The position numbers were made by a program, and so were the translations under genes. Positions 1-11,609 of a stretch of 55,945 nucleotides of DNA are shown in pieces. Source of the stretch: Chiloscyllium plagiosum (lineage: Eukaryota); contig NC_057750.1 in NCBI RefSeq assembly GCF_004010195.1, positions 10,477,478 to 10,533,422 on the forward strand, in the 5' to 3' direction. The notes below the pieces were generated by a model that searched no databases, had not been told where the DNA came from, and worked only from the letters and a program-made list of their open reading frames with translations. The stretch's first letter is position 1; each line of letters opens with the position of its first letter.

Positions 1-503
1 TTTTGGGCATGAGCCCTTCTTCAGGAATGAGGAAAGTGTGTCCAGCAGGCTAAGATAAAAGGTAGGAAGGAGGGACTTGGGGGAGGGGCGTTGGAAATGT
101 GATAGGTGGAAGGAGGTTAAGGTGAGGGTGATAGGCCGGAGTGGGGGTGGGGGCGGAGAGGTCAGGAAGAAGATTGCAGGTTAGAAAGGTGGTGCTGAGT
201 TCGAGGGTTGGGACTGAGAGAAGGTGGGGGGAGGGGAAATGAGGAAACTGGAGAAATCTGAGTTCATCCCTTGTGGTTGGAGGGTTCCTAGGCAGAAGAT
301 GAGGCACTCTTCCTCCAGCCATCATTTTGTATGGTCTGGCGATGGAGGAGTCCAAGGACCTGCATGTCCTTGGTGGAGTGGGAGGGGGAGTTGAAGTGTT
401 GAGCCACGGGGTGGTTGGGTTGGTTGGTCCAGGTGTCCCAGAGGTGTTCTCTGAAATGTTCCGCAAGTAGGCGGCCTGTCTTCCCAATATAGAGGAGGCT
501 ATA
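1..503 (-). mobile_element. Penelope-like element 3' fragment (GIY-YIG endonuclease plus pLTR with partial hammerhead core), truncated by window start
   Basis: Minus strand translates as YSLLYIGKTGRLLAEHFREHLWDTWTNQPNHPVAQHFNSPSHSTKDMQVLGLLHRQT (GIY-YIG-like). It is followed by a pyrimidine-rich tract and CTGAAGAAGGGCTCATGCCC. Confidence 0.85.
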
Positions 504-1024
504 TTTGCTAATACTGTGTTTTCATTCATTCCTAAAATCTCATTTTTGTAGTACAATTTACTATTACAAGGTAGACTAAACTAAAACAGCCCTTCCAACC
601 CATTACTGCTTCTTCACACCTTCAATCTTTATCAACCCCATACTGAAAGCAATGTTTGGACCTATTTTTATATCAAAAGCTATCCTTGAATAAGTGTCAA
701 TATTGTAATCTATCCAGAACAATGCCATGTCCACCACCATGACTCACCCAAAACTTATGGAAAGATTATAATATTAATCAGCCCTTAGCAAGCATCTCTC
801 AGGATCTGAATAGATTGCAGTACATCAAACCATTTCCTCAACTGTACCTGTTAAATACACCATCCCCTTTAAGAAACTTATGATCAAAACAGCACTTCTG
901 TGGAACTGCATGAATGAATGTCAAAACCGGCAAATGGTAAATAAAATCTCATGTCCCAGCTGCGGTAATCAGTTTAATATCCCTTATACTTTCATTAAGC
1001 ACATGCATAATTTCTAACTTATTT

Positions 1025-1416
1025 AGATTATATAGAGATGTACAGCATGGAAACAGACCTTTTGGTCGAACTTGTCCATGCACACCAGATATCGTAACCT
1101 AAACTAGTCCCATTTGCCAGCACATAGCCCATATCCCGCTAAACCCTTCCTATTCATATACCCATCCAGATTCCTCTTAAATGCTGTAATTGTACCAGTC
1201 TCCACCACATCCTCTGGCAGCTCATTCCAGTACCAGTCTCCACCACATCCTCTGGCAGCTCATTCCATACATGCACCACCCTCTGTGTGAAAACGTTGCC
1301 CCTTGGCTCCCTTTTAGATCTCTCCCCTCTCACCCTCAACCCATGCTGTCTAGTTCTGGACACCCCCACCCAGGGAAAAAATCTTGCCTATTTATCCTAT
1401 TCATGCCCCTCATGAT
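1025..1416 (-). mobile_element. CR1/HER1-type LINE 3' fragment with internal 38-bp tandem duplication
   Basis: ORF 1154-1369 (RGNVFTQRVVHVWNELPEDVVE) is a typical CR1 ORF2 C-terminus. GTACCAGTCTCCACCACATCCTCTGGCAGCTCATTCCA occurs twice at ~1192-1267. Confidence 0.9.
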
Positions 1417-1550
1417 TAGTTTTAGTACTTTTACTAACATTTACTAACTTAAAAGATGAAAGGACTAACACCTCTTATGCAAGCAGACCAGACAAACACT
1501 CTTAATCACTTCAGGAGTAGCAGCCAACACTTAGCAAATGCTTCAATTGT

Positions 1551-1690
1551 GATTTGGAGATGCCGGTGTTGGACTGGGGTGTACAAAGTTAAAAATCACA
1601 CAACACCAGGTTATAGTCCAACAGGTTTAATTGGAAGCACACTAGCTTTCGGACCGACGCTCCTTCATCAGGTGTTGTGTGATTTTTAAC
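1551..1690. mobile_element. Short PLE pLTR (family B) with inverted end
   Basis: Minus-strand CTGATGAAGGAGCGTCGGTCCGAAAGCTAG; GTTAAAAATCACACAACACC is inverted at the right end. Confidence 0.8.
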
Positions 1691-1809
1691 AAATGTTTAA
1701 ATAATCTCTTGTTTCCCAGGAGAGATGTCATACAAACATTTTGTGTACAATAGATAAAACTATATAACACCATAGTGATAGAATTTTAATGCATAAAAGA
1801 ACTGTCCAC

Positions 1810-2439
1810 AAAGAGTTGAAAATCACACGGCACACCAGGTTACGGTGCAACATGTTTATTTGAAAATACAAGCTTTTAGAATGCTGCTACTTTATCAGGT
1901 AGGAGCAGGATACATAGGACACATAATTGTATTTGCAGATACATTCTATTTTGTTCAAAAAGCACACAACCTGTAGGCAGTCAGTCAATGTAACATTTTA
2001 CAAATTTTTACTTTGAAAATAAAACCAGTCTGACTCCAGGTTGTGATACAGACGGACTCTAACCTCACACCTTTAATGCACTGTCTGAGCTGACATGTCA
2101 CCTTTTTGTATAGTAATAAAACCTTCAGTTATCTCGGGGCAGTGACTTGAAAGAAATTCTGGCATTGTCATATTAATGAATCAAAATCTGCGTCCCCATT
2201 CTAGGTGATTACAGACTTAGTAGCCATCTAGGTTTGTCTAATACATTGTATCAGTTGCATGACACTTTGATCTTTCACTTATAAATTCTGCGTCTTATGT
2301 ATCCCGCCCGACTAGCTACCTGATGAAGGAGCAGCACTCCAAAAGCTTCTATTTTCAAATCAACCTGTTGGAATATAACCTGGTGTTGTGTGATTTTTGA
2401 CTTTGTCCACCCTAGTCCGACACTGGCACCTCCACATCG
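1810..2439. mobile_element. PLE family B, inverted pLTR pair with internal segment
   Basis: The left arm is the reverse complement of the right arm, which carries CCTGATGAAGGAGCAGCACTCCAAAAGCTT...CCTGGTGTTGTGTGATTTT. Confidence 0.8.
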
Positions 2440-2569
2440 TGTATAAAGAGGCTACTAAACGAACTGTACTTTGGGATTCCATCGCCACCTTGAGCTATGT
2501 TACTGCAAATGCTCAATAAAGATCCAATTTTTGCCACTTAACGATTTGGGTTGTTATTTGAACATTATC

Positions 2570-3285
2570 CTACAGAAAGTTAATACTTATGGTTTATTAC
2601 AGGGGAACTGACACCAAAAATAGAGAGGTCATACTTCGGTTACTCAATGCGTTGGTGATACCATATTTGAGTTACTGTGTATTTGATTGGTTTCTTCGTT
2701 TAAGGAAAAATGCAAATACATTGAAAGCTGTTCAGAAAAGGTTTACCAGAATAATACCCGGATTGGGCTAGTTGTTTTATGATGAAAGGTTGGATAATCT
2801 GGGGTTGAGAGAGTAAACAGGAACTTACTTAAAACATATAAATTCTTCAGGGGTCTTGACCGAATGGATGTAGGAAGAATGTTTCCTATTGCGAGAGAAA
2901 TCTAAAACTAGGGGTTACTGTTGTAAAACCTGTTCCAGGATCTGTTGTAAATCTTGATCTCAAAAGGCATGGAACAGTCATAGAGTAATACAGCATGAAA
3001 CAGACCCTTTGGACCAACTAATCCATGTCAACTAAGGTTCCCAAACTTAACTAGTCCCACTTGCTGCATTTAGCCTGTATCCCTGTAAACCTTTCCTATT
3101 CATGTACCTATCCAAATGTCTTATAAGTGTTTTAACTGTACCTTTAAAGGAGAGGTGGTGAAAGGTTATCAGGAGTAGGTGGCAGCGTGGAGCGATCAGA
3201 TCAATCATGATCTTATTGTATGGTGAAGCAGGCTTGAGAGGTTGAGTGTCCTACCCCTCACTGCGCAAATGTTTGTACTTTAGCA
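2570..3285 (+). mobile_element. Degenerate CR1 LINE 3' portion, interrupted by a minus-strand CR1 tail at ~2975-3145
   Basis: ORF 2589-2771 (REVILRLLNALVIPYLSYCV...LKAVQKRFTRIIPGL) matches the CR1 ORF2 C-terminal region. Confidence 0.85.
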
Positions 3286-3649
3286 TATAATTATGAGCTA
3301 AGAAACATCTAGAGCTTTCTGATCCTGAGGTGTCATGATGGTCTGCTTGTACATCCCAACCTCGCAACTGTCATGCTGGCTTGAGGTAGCTGAGTTTGGT
3401 CACAATTGCACCACTGGATGTGATGGCCTTGGCTCTGGGCAGATCCATGTCACTGTGGCTGGTTGCCAGGCACTTTCTATTGGATGTTGAAAATGAACCA
3501 GTTGTCCTGTCCTGAAACCTGTCAACTCTTTCCTGACATGCCTGTTTGTGTGACTTTCAAAAGTTAGAACATAGAAGAATACAGCGCAGTACAGGCCCTT
3601 TGGCCCTCGATGTTGCGCCGAAAAGTTCTTTGGTTTCCAAAAGGGTAGA

Positions 3650-4003
3650 TTGGTGATAGCTGGGTAGATGGGTTAGCACTGCTGTCATACAGCACCAGGG
3701 GTGCCAGGTTCGATTCCAGTCTTGGGCAACTGTCTGTGTGAGGTTTGCACATTCTCCCCGTGTCAGCATGGGTTTTCTTTCGGTGCTCTGGTTTCCTCCC
3801 ACAGTCCAAAGATGTGCAGATCAGGTGAATTGGCCATGCTAAATTGCCTGTGGTATTCAGGGATGTGTAAGTTAAGTGCATTAGTCAGAGGTAAATGTAG
3901 AGTAATAGGATAAGGGGATAGGTCTGGCTGGGTTACTCTTCGGAGGGTTGGTGTGGACTTGTTGTGCCAAATGGAAGGTTTCCACACTGTAGGGATTCTA
4001 TGA
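3650..4003 (+). mobile_element. HE1 SINE (tRNA-derived V-SINE)
   Basis: GGTTAGCACTGCTG...GGTTCGATTCC A/B boxes, V-domain (TTTGCACATTCTCCCCGTGTC) and CR1-derived tail. Confidence 0.9.
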
Positions 4004-4386
4004 ATAACTTTACAGTGGCATTCTAACCAGGAGTCTTGCCAGAACTGGAATGTTTGCATTTGGAGTATTGTCCTAAAGTGTTTGCATTACACAGGGTAAA
4101 CCTATTTGACTTGTCTGTATTTAAAGGTTTCATGTTTGAATCATTCTTTTAATCATATCTTTAGTTTTGGAGTAGGGTAGAGACTAAGCTGTGTGATGCA
4201 TTCTCTATTTTTCACATGCTGTCACTGGGACTAGTAATCCAGAATTCCGAGGCTAATGTTCTGGGAACATGGGTTCAAATCCCACCATGGCAGATGGTGA
4301 AAGTTGAATTCAATAAAATCTGGAATTAAAAACTAGCCTAACAATGACCATATTGCCACTGTAGATTGTCACACAAGAAAATCTGG

Positions 4387-4612
4387 GTGAAAGTGAGGAC
4401 TGCAGATGTTGGAGATTAGAGTCAAGATTAGAGTGGTGCTGGAAAAGCACAGCAGGTCAGGCAGCATCCGAGCAGCAGGAAAATCGATGTTTCGGGCAGG
4501 AGCCCTTCACCAGGAATGAGCTGATGAAGGGCTAATGCCCAAAACATTGATTTTCCTGCTCCTTGGATGCTGCTTGACTTGCTGTGCTTTTCCAGCACCA
4601 CTCTAATCTTGA
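4387..4612. mobile_element. PLE family A inverted pLTR pair with hammerhead motif
   Basis: Arms are reverse complements around ~4515; plus-strand CTGATGAAGGGCTAATGCCCAAAAC. Confidence 0.85.
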
Positions 4613-4755
4613 TTGAAAAATATCTGGTTCACTTAACGTCCTTCAGAGAAGGAAATGAGCCATCCTTACTTGATCTGGCTGACATGTGACTCCAGACCCA
4701 TAGCAATGTAGTTGACTCTTAACAGCCTTTGGGCAATTAGTAATGGGTAGTATAT

Positions 4756-5468
4756 TGTTATGACGCTGAAGATGTTACTGTACCTTTAAGAGAGAGTGAA
4801 TGCTGTTCTGAACTGAGAGCTTGTAAGCACCCATGTATATGACTAGATGGCAGTCCCTGAGTGTACTGGAAAATTGAAAATATGTAACATTTGGCTGTGA
4901 AATGGATACCTGAGTTTTGGTTGCTGTTTTGACAACAATCCAAATTTAACCAATCAATTTAAGTTATGCCTCAGGATGAAAAAACCCAATCAAGTTTGAA
5001 TTTATTGTTTTGCTAACATCAAACCAATGAGATGATCCGATGTTAGAGATCTCAAAATGCGGACATTTTGAAAATTGGACAGACAGCAACTGCCATCGAG
5101 ACAGATCCAAGAAATTAGGAAACACTCTCTATCAAAGCGAGAAGACGACCCAGGGAATTCATCAGCCAGAAGAGTGAAATCACAGAAGAATACAGCGGCT
5201 GTGTGGTTTTGAAATTAAGTTGATGTAATTTTCATACATCAGCATATTGTTACAGAGTTGGAGGCAGATAATAAGCAATTAAGATAAGGGGGGGGGGCTT
5301 AGAGTTGTGAATAGTTGTTGTTTAATGTTCACTTTTAGACTTAAAAAAATAAATTGATGTTACTTGCTTTAAATAGTGGAATAACTGAGTTCTCTGTCAC
5401 TCATATTTTACAAAGCGAGGTAAGCTTTTCTGAGTGTTTGGTTCAATTAACAGAGTGGTGTCGTAACA
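4756..5468 (+). mobile_element. Solo LTR (713 bp), probably Gypsy-type
   Basis: Termini TGTTATGAC...GTCGTAACA are inverted repeats; 4-bp TSD ATAT at 4752-4755 and 5469-5472; cleanly interrupts a SINE tail. Strand is tentative (AATAAA at ~5348). Confidence 0.85.
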
Positions 5469-5829
5469 ATATGTTGGCCTAGCCAGTTTTCTCCTCATCC
5501 CATGAATGAACATAAAATGTCTCTGAATGCCAGCCAACAAGATGAGGATTGGCCTCTGAGATTATCTCTGTGGGTGCCCAAAAGAAAACAGAAGGCAGAT
5601 CTCAGAGTGCATATTTCCATCTTGCTCGGCTTAGTGTACAACTGATAGACAAGATATTTTTAAAAAATTGACAAAAAGAAATCTTGGCTCAAGAACATGC
5701 AGGATCTTTGTGTGGTAAAGTTGGCTTCTTGTACTGACTGGGTATATTGCCCTGATGTACTATGCACTTTTTAATTGTGTCTTTTATGTGATTGTTCATA
5801 TCGGGTAATAGACCGTTTCACCTGAAAGC

Positions 5830-6734
5830 TAAATATTACACAAAATCAGGTTATAGTCCAACTGGTTTATTTGGAATCACTGGCTTTTGAAGCGCTACTT
5901 CTTCATCAGGTGGTTGTGGAGCAGAGTCATAAGACACAGAGTTCAGAGCAACCAGGATTGCAGTGTCATGGAATGTAATATTAAACAAATTTAACTTGTG
6001 TCTTTCACCTTTTAGAATGACCATGTTAGTCACTATATTTTGTAATATATACTTGCATTTCAAAGGGCGGCACAGTGGCTCAGTGGTTAGCACTGCTGCC
6101 TCACAGCGCCAGGGACCCAGGTTCAATTCGAGCAACTGTCTGTGTGGAGTTTGCACATTCTCCCCGTGTCTGTGCGGGTTCCTTCTGGGTGCTCTGGTTT
6201 CTTCCCATAGGAGAAAGTGAGGACTGGAGATCAGAGCTAAAAAATGTATTGCTGGAAAAGCGCAGCAGGTCAGGCAGCATCCAAGGAGCAGGAGAATCGA
6301 TGTTTCAGGCATAGTGAATTGGCCATGCTAAATTGCCCAGTGTTAGGTGCATTAGTCAGAGGGAAACGGGCCTTGGGTCAGTGTGGACTTGTTGGGCCAA
6401 AGGACCTGTTTCCATACTGTCGGGAAACCCTTTGGAGGGTCAGTGTGGATTTGTTGGGCCAAAGGGCCTGTTTCCATATTGTAGGGGAATATAATCATAA
6501 AGTTTGTGTCTTCTGATTCTGCTCCACAACCACCTGATGAAGGAGCAGCGCTTCGAAAGCTAGTGCTTCCAAATAAACCTGTTGTTTTGTGCAGTCCTTG
6601 CATGGGATTTTGTACACTACATTGGTTTTGCTCATGCTGGGTATCGGGTCCTTTGTCCTGGTGAGTTGTTGTCTGAGAGTGGTGTGTGATTTTTAACTTT
6701 GTCCACCCCAGTCCAACACCGACACCTCCAAATC
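5830..6734. mobile_element. PLE family B inverted pLTR element hosting a nested HE1 SINE (6064-6490), which itself hosts a PLE family A piece (6210-6313)
   Basis: 12-bp TSD TCACCTGAAAGC at 5818-5829 and 6735-6746; inverted arms; hammerhead core at 6531-6565. Confidence 0.85.
6531..6565 (+). ncRNA. Minimal hammerhead ribozyme motif (PLE type)
   Basis: CAC-CTGATGA-A-GGAGC(AGC)GCTTC-GAAAGCTA-GTG: conserved core, stem II, palindromic AGCT stem III, short stem I (CAC/GTG). Confidence 0.75.
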
Positions 6735-6871
6735 TCACCTGAAAGCCTCCTCTTACAATGTGCTTTCAGATATTGATCTGCCTTGTGTGATCTGGACCCA
6801 ATGCTGGAAGTGGCAACAACACATTGATCAGTGCATACAGAACCTTGGAGTGACTGCGCAGATTGAAGGAG

Positions 6872-7597
6872 ATTGTTGAGGTTCTGTTCGCCGAGCTGGG
6901 AATTTGTGTTGCAGACGTTTCGTCCCCTGTCTAGGTGACATCCTCAGTGCTTGGGAGCCTCCTGTGAAGCGCTTCTGTGATGTTTCCTCCGGCATTTATA
7001 GTGATTTCTACCAGCTGCTTCCGGTTGTCAGTTCCAATTTCATCAACAGATGCCTAAGGGAAAGACAACGGAATGAGGACATGCCACAACCCAAAGGACT
7101 AGCCACGTTACCATACATCAAGAACATTTCNNNNNNNNNNNNNNNNNNNNNNNNNNNNNNNNNNNNNNNNNNNNNNGCAGCCACACACTCAGATGACAAG
7201 CAACATGAATTTGACTGGGACAACACTACTATTATAGGACAAGCCAAACAGAGAACAGCCAGGGAATTCCTAGAGGCATGGCACTCATCCACAGATTCTA
7301 TCAATAAGCACATCGACCCGGACCCAATATACAGGCCACTGCAGTCAATAAGCACATCGACCCGGACCCAATATACAGGCCACTGCAGTGGACAGCTGGA
7401 ACTGATAACTGGAAGCGGCAGAGACAAACCACTATAAATGCCAGAGGAAACATCACAGAAGCGCTTCACAGGAGGCTCCCAAGCACTGAGGATGTCACCT
7501 AGACAGGGGACGAAACGTCTGCAACACAAATTCCCAGCTCAGCGAACAGAACCACAACAACGAGCACCCGAGCTCCAAATCTTCTCCCAAACTTTGA
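6872..7597 (+). mobile_element. PLE family C (Poseidon-like), 5'-truncated with inverted upstream pLTR; contains assembly gap 7131-7176
   Basis: Translates as NFINRCLRE...LATLPYIKNI and HEFDWDNTTIIGQAKQRTAREFLEAWHS (RT linker and GIY-YIG C-terminus). 6873-7035 is largely the reverse complement of ~7390-7560. TSD ATTGAAGGAG at 6862-6871 and 7598-7607. Confidence 0.88.
7483..7522 (+). ncRNA. Minimal hammerhead ribozyme motif (antisense copy at ~6911-6950)
   Basis: GCA-CTGAGGA-T-GTCACCT(AGAC)AGGGGAC-GAAACGTC-TGC: core, stem II, ACGT palindrome, GUC triplet, stem I GCA/TGC. Confidence 0.75.
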
Positions 7598-8089
7598 ATT
7601 GAAGGAGGTGTTGTATATGAACCATATGATAGATTTACTGCCACTACCTCTTTTCCTTCTAGAGATCTACAGGGCCTGCTTGGTTTAGTGGCAGAGGATC
7701 GTCTAACAAGAACAGATTCTTGTTCGAAACAAAATGTTGTTTATTACACAATAGCCATCAGGTATAAGTTACACTAGTGTGATTGACGTTGACTCAGGTA
7801 CAATGAAGAATACTTCAATGTCAGGTCTTAGTCCTTTGAGATCCAAAGTTGTTCCCTCAGCTGAGTTCGTGTGAAATCACAATGAACTCTACTCACTGTT
7901 AACCCAATCAGACCTTATTTACCTTGTAACACTAGTCTTTTCGTCTCTCCGCGAAAGTCAATATTTCTGGTGTGTGTGATTCTCTGGCCTATTCTCTCAA
8001 AGATCCTTTGGCTGTGCCGTGGTCAGGAATGTATGAGTCAAAGGGTTATTCAACCGGAGAAGAGAGAGACAGAATCTAATGCATTTTGT

Positions 8090-8690
8090 AAGGCTGACAC
8101 TCCAGAGCAGCAATTGCAGTGTACCGCATTGTTGGAAATAGCATCTTTCAAATGGACCAGGACCCTTCTGCTTGCTTGTCTGGGCATAAAGATTCCATGC
8201 TTCTGGATTAGAGTGATGCTGGAAAAGCACAGCAGTTCAGGCAGCATCCAAGGAGCAGGAAAATCGACGTTTCGGGCAAAAGCCCTTCATCAGGAATACT
8301 CCCGAAACGTCGATTTTCCTGCTCCTTGGATGCTGCCTGAACTGCTGTGCTTTTCCAGCACCACTCTAATCCAGACTCTGGTTTCCAGCATCTGCAGTCA
8401 TTGTTTTTACCTAGTTGATTTTAACCTAGTGAATCCTCTTTCAAAGATTCCATGCCTCAATTCTGAAGAAGAGGCCTCCTCAGTATTCCAATCAATATTT
8501 ATCTCCCAATCAACATCATTAAAAAGATCATCTGGTCATTGCTATATAGCTGTTTGTGGGAGCTTGCTATTTGCAAATTGGCTGCTGCGTTGCCTGAGTT
8601 ACAACAGTGACCTCACTTCAAACGGACTTTGCAATATGTTTTGAGATACCTAGTGGGTGTGAAAGTCGCTATATAAATGCAACTTTTTCT
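8090..8690 (+). mobile_element. Deu-domain SINE (SacSINE1/AmnSINE1-like), interrupted by a PLE palindrome
   Basis: GGCTGACACTCCAG...GATCATCTGGTCATTG...GCTGTTTGTGGGAGCTTGCT...GCTATATAAATGCAA. Related copies at ~22760-23265, ~47795-48100, ~51330-52360, and on the minus strand at ~35160-35340, ~40660-40790, ~54020-54310. Confidence 0.75.
8201..8442. mobile_element. PLE family A inverted pLTR pair
   Basis: 13-bp TSD AAAGATTCCATGC at 8188-8200 and 8443-8455; minus-strand CTGATGAAGGGCTTTTGCCCGAAACGTC. Confidence 0.88.
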
Positions 8691-9563
8691 TTTTCTTGCT
8701 TTCAAAGTGAAAGATGTAGTTGCCCATTACTGCGGAAGAACTGTGGAACAAATACGATATGCCTGAAATGTTAATTCTGTTTCTCCCTCTGTAGATGCTG
8801 TCGGACCATTTGAGTACTTCCAGTAGTTTGGATTATATTTCACGATTCCAGGATCTGCAAGATTTGCTTAGTCAGTTCACAACTTAGTGGTCAATTTGGC
8901 CCTGAGATGAGCTCCTGACCTCATATCTGCCTCAGTAAGACTGTGGGTGGAATCTTTTTGGGTCTGAATGACATGGTTGTACTGGGATTTGTGGCAGTGT
9001 CACCTGAGAAGTCCAGCAAGGCCTAGCTCAACAATTGACATGGCCAGTATTTCACGAGGGAGCAGTGACTTATTGATTTAAAGGGGATTTATTACTTCTT
9101 AAACAGTTTATTGATGATTTGACTCACTTCAGCTTTCAACTCTAGAGAACTCAGCAAACAAGCTCGACATTGTCATGGAAACCAGAGTGGGGGCTTGGCA
9201 AATTCAGCTTGCCACTTGCTCTGTCTTGCAAGGGATGGTCAACGGGCATCAATCGCATGCACCCCTACCCAGGATCATTGGCGTTCAGCATTTGCCAATC
9301 TCTCATGGCCAACGTGGTACCTCTCTCAGATGCTGGCAGGGTGCTCAGGCAGCACAGACTTGCGTTGCAGGGCACACTGGCAACTAGCATTGGAAGTCTG
9401 CAGAAGGTAGACTTTGCTTGTACAGACTGACACCCAGTTTAACAGATTGGACCAGGCTATATCTCAGGGCTTGCTCTTTTAGCACTATCTGCCTGCGTGC
9501 TGGCAACGTCCCTGCTTTGTCTTGCCTTAACAGTCACACAACCAGGCAGTTTGCCTCATGCAA

Positions 9564-9695
9564 CATTCCTAACGAAGGGTTTATGCCCGAAACATTGACT
9601 CTCCTGCTCCTCGGACGCTGCCTGACCTGCTGTGCTTTTCCAGCGCTACACTTTTTGACTCTGATCTCCAGCACCTGCAGTCCTCACCTCTCCTA
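9564..9695 (+). mobile_element. PLE family A single pLTR fragment
   Basis: ATTCCTAACGAAGGGTTTATGCCCGAAACATTG...CCAGCACCTGCAGTCCTCAC. Similar degraded fragments at ~10928-11043 and ~24160-24240. Confidence 0.75.
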
Positions 9696-11330
9696 GTTTG
9701 CTCCTCACTCAAGGGGCTGAATATCTTGCTGTGTGGCACGGTGTGATATTAATCTCACATTTGCATATCTGCACATCTCACCTTATGTCAAACGCACTTC
9801 CTGTGCTCCAAGGGTTATTTCTCAAAGTCTTACGGGAATAGTCCTCACTGAAGTCCATAGATAGACCTGTCAGCTCAAAGGTTCCTGGCACAGGAACCAA
9901 GGGCAGCCACCTACATCAGTCCAAGGAATGGCCCACCGCTGGTTAGGGTATTCTTGGTCTGGGGGTCCATTCCTCTGTGGTCCAGGGAGTGGGTCCTGGT
10001 GTGTCCTGTGGCTCTGTACTGGCCAGTCCAGGCAATGGCTAACATGATTAGGGAAATATACAGTACTAGTCAGGGGTCTGGCATCTTCTCGTCCAGGGCT
10101 AGCAGCTCAGTTTGTTAGCTTCATCCACAGTGACTGAGGGGAAAGGGGTTGGATGGTGTTGGGGTGGTAGGTGGTGGTAGTTGGGTGAGATGGGCAATGG
10201 GCAGGGGTGAGTCTCTGCCGTGGTAATAGACTCGGCAACTTCAGCTTTGGCACTGAGAGGATGCTGAAAATGTGAGATTGCAGGCATGGGGGAAAGGAGG
10301 GAGTGCAATTGTGAAGTGGAGCAGGGGTGTCTTTAAGGGGGTAGGGTAAAGCCAAGAAGGGAAGTGGGTAGTTATGCAGGAGGTGGGGGGGTTGATGTCC
10401 ATCATCAGGAGCTCCCTGGCTTCAAGAGGATGGGGGCACAGTGTGTGAACACAGTTGATGTGGTCACCTCATATGCCAGGGGCTGGAATGGGGAAAGGTG
10501 AGCAGGTATGGGTGCATGTAGTGGGGTCGGCTGGGGACCTGGGAATCTGCAAAACCAATGGGGTTGAGAGGAAGGGATAGCAGGGAAGGGATATAGATAT
10601 TCAGGGATTCACCAAGACATGCAAGCCACTGGCTGAGGAGTGCTCCCTGTCACCTTCCATAGTACTGGAAATTGGATGCACAATGGGACAGGAAATGGCT
10701 GAGATCATACTTGGAATGGGCAGGGTGATTAGGTCCAGCCAGGAAGGAGAGGACTTTTAAAGGGAAAGAACATGGCACACAGACCCAAGTGTACAGGACA
10801 TAGACCTGAGGGGTCTCTGTTCCCTAGCTATCTTAAAGCATCCCCACACCTCAGTGTGTTACACTCCCAGCCACAGACGCTGCTGGACAACATATTAACA
10901 TAGAGGCTGTGAAAGAATAGGGACTTGGAGACAGTAAGGATTGCAGATGCTGGCAAAGTCTTGACGAAGGGTTTCGGATTGAAACGCTGACTTTCCTGCT
11001 CCTCGGATGCTGTCTGACCTGATATTCTTTTCCAGCCTCACATCTGAGGAGTGCCAAAAGGTATTAGCATGATCTAATACTATGTATACACCTCGCTCCT
11101 GTCACTACCAAACGATGCAGCAGGGTCTTAGCACAGACTTCCATCCATGGAACATTGTCTGTGATGTGAAGTGATTTTTGATACCAATGCCATTTGGGGC
11201 AACTCAGATGGACAAACATAGAGCCAGCACATTGTCACCTGTGCCACCAAAGTGCCCTCAATAGGTTTTGTTCTTTCCCTCTCTCCCATTATGTCTGATC
11301 CACACCCAAGCCCACGGTGGCACAGTGGTG

Positions 11331-11602
11331 GGGCGGCACGGTGGCAGTGGTAAGCACTGCTGCCTCACAACGCCAGAGACCTGGGTTCAATTCCCGCCTC
11401 GGGCAATTGTCTGTGTGGAGTTTGCACATTCTCCCTGTGTCTGCATGGGTTTCCTCCGGGTGCTCCGGTTTCCTCCCACAGTCCAAAAATGTGCCGGTTA
11501 GGTGAATTGTCCATGCTAAATTGCCCGTAGTGTTAGGTGAAGGGGTAAATGTGGACTAGTTGGGCCGAAGGGCCTGTTTCCACACTGTAAGTAATCTAAT
11601 CT
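11331..11602 (+). mobile_element. HE1 SINE
   Basis: GGGCGGCACGGTGGCAGTGGTAAGCACTGCTGCC head, V-domain, tail ending TAATCTAATCT. Confidence 0.92.
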
Positions 11603-11609
11603 CCCTAAA

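Larger units (their letters stand above)
4215..5516 (+). mobile_element. tRNA-derived SINE (second family), split by a PLE palindrome and a solo LTR
   Basis: GTCACTGGGACTAGTAATCCAG...GGGTTCAAATCCCACCATGGCAG...GGGCAATTAG; the tail resumes after 5468 (GTTGGCCTAGCCAG...ATCCCATGAATGAA). Other copies at ~34000-34260, ~39410-39580(-), ~41385-41570, ~47270-47790(-), ~48855-49190. Confidence 0.8.

Noticed and set aside
6064..6140. tRNA-like A/B box sequences at HE1 heads
   Set aside because: They are SINE heads continuing into V-domain and LINE tail, not tRNA genes.
7610..8085. Possible antisense LTR fragment
   Set aside because: I could not define termini or a TSD.
7970..8644. 224-aa ORF and the recurrent MCCWKSAAGQAAS / MPETSILLLLGCCL ORFs
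   Set aside because: These are chance translations of PLE pLTRs and SINEs, not genes.
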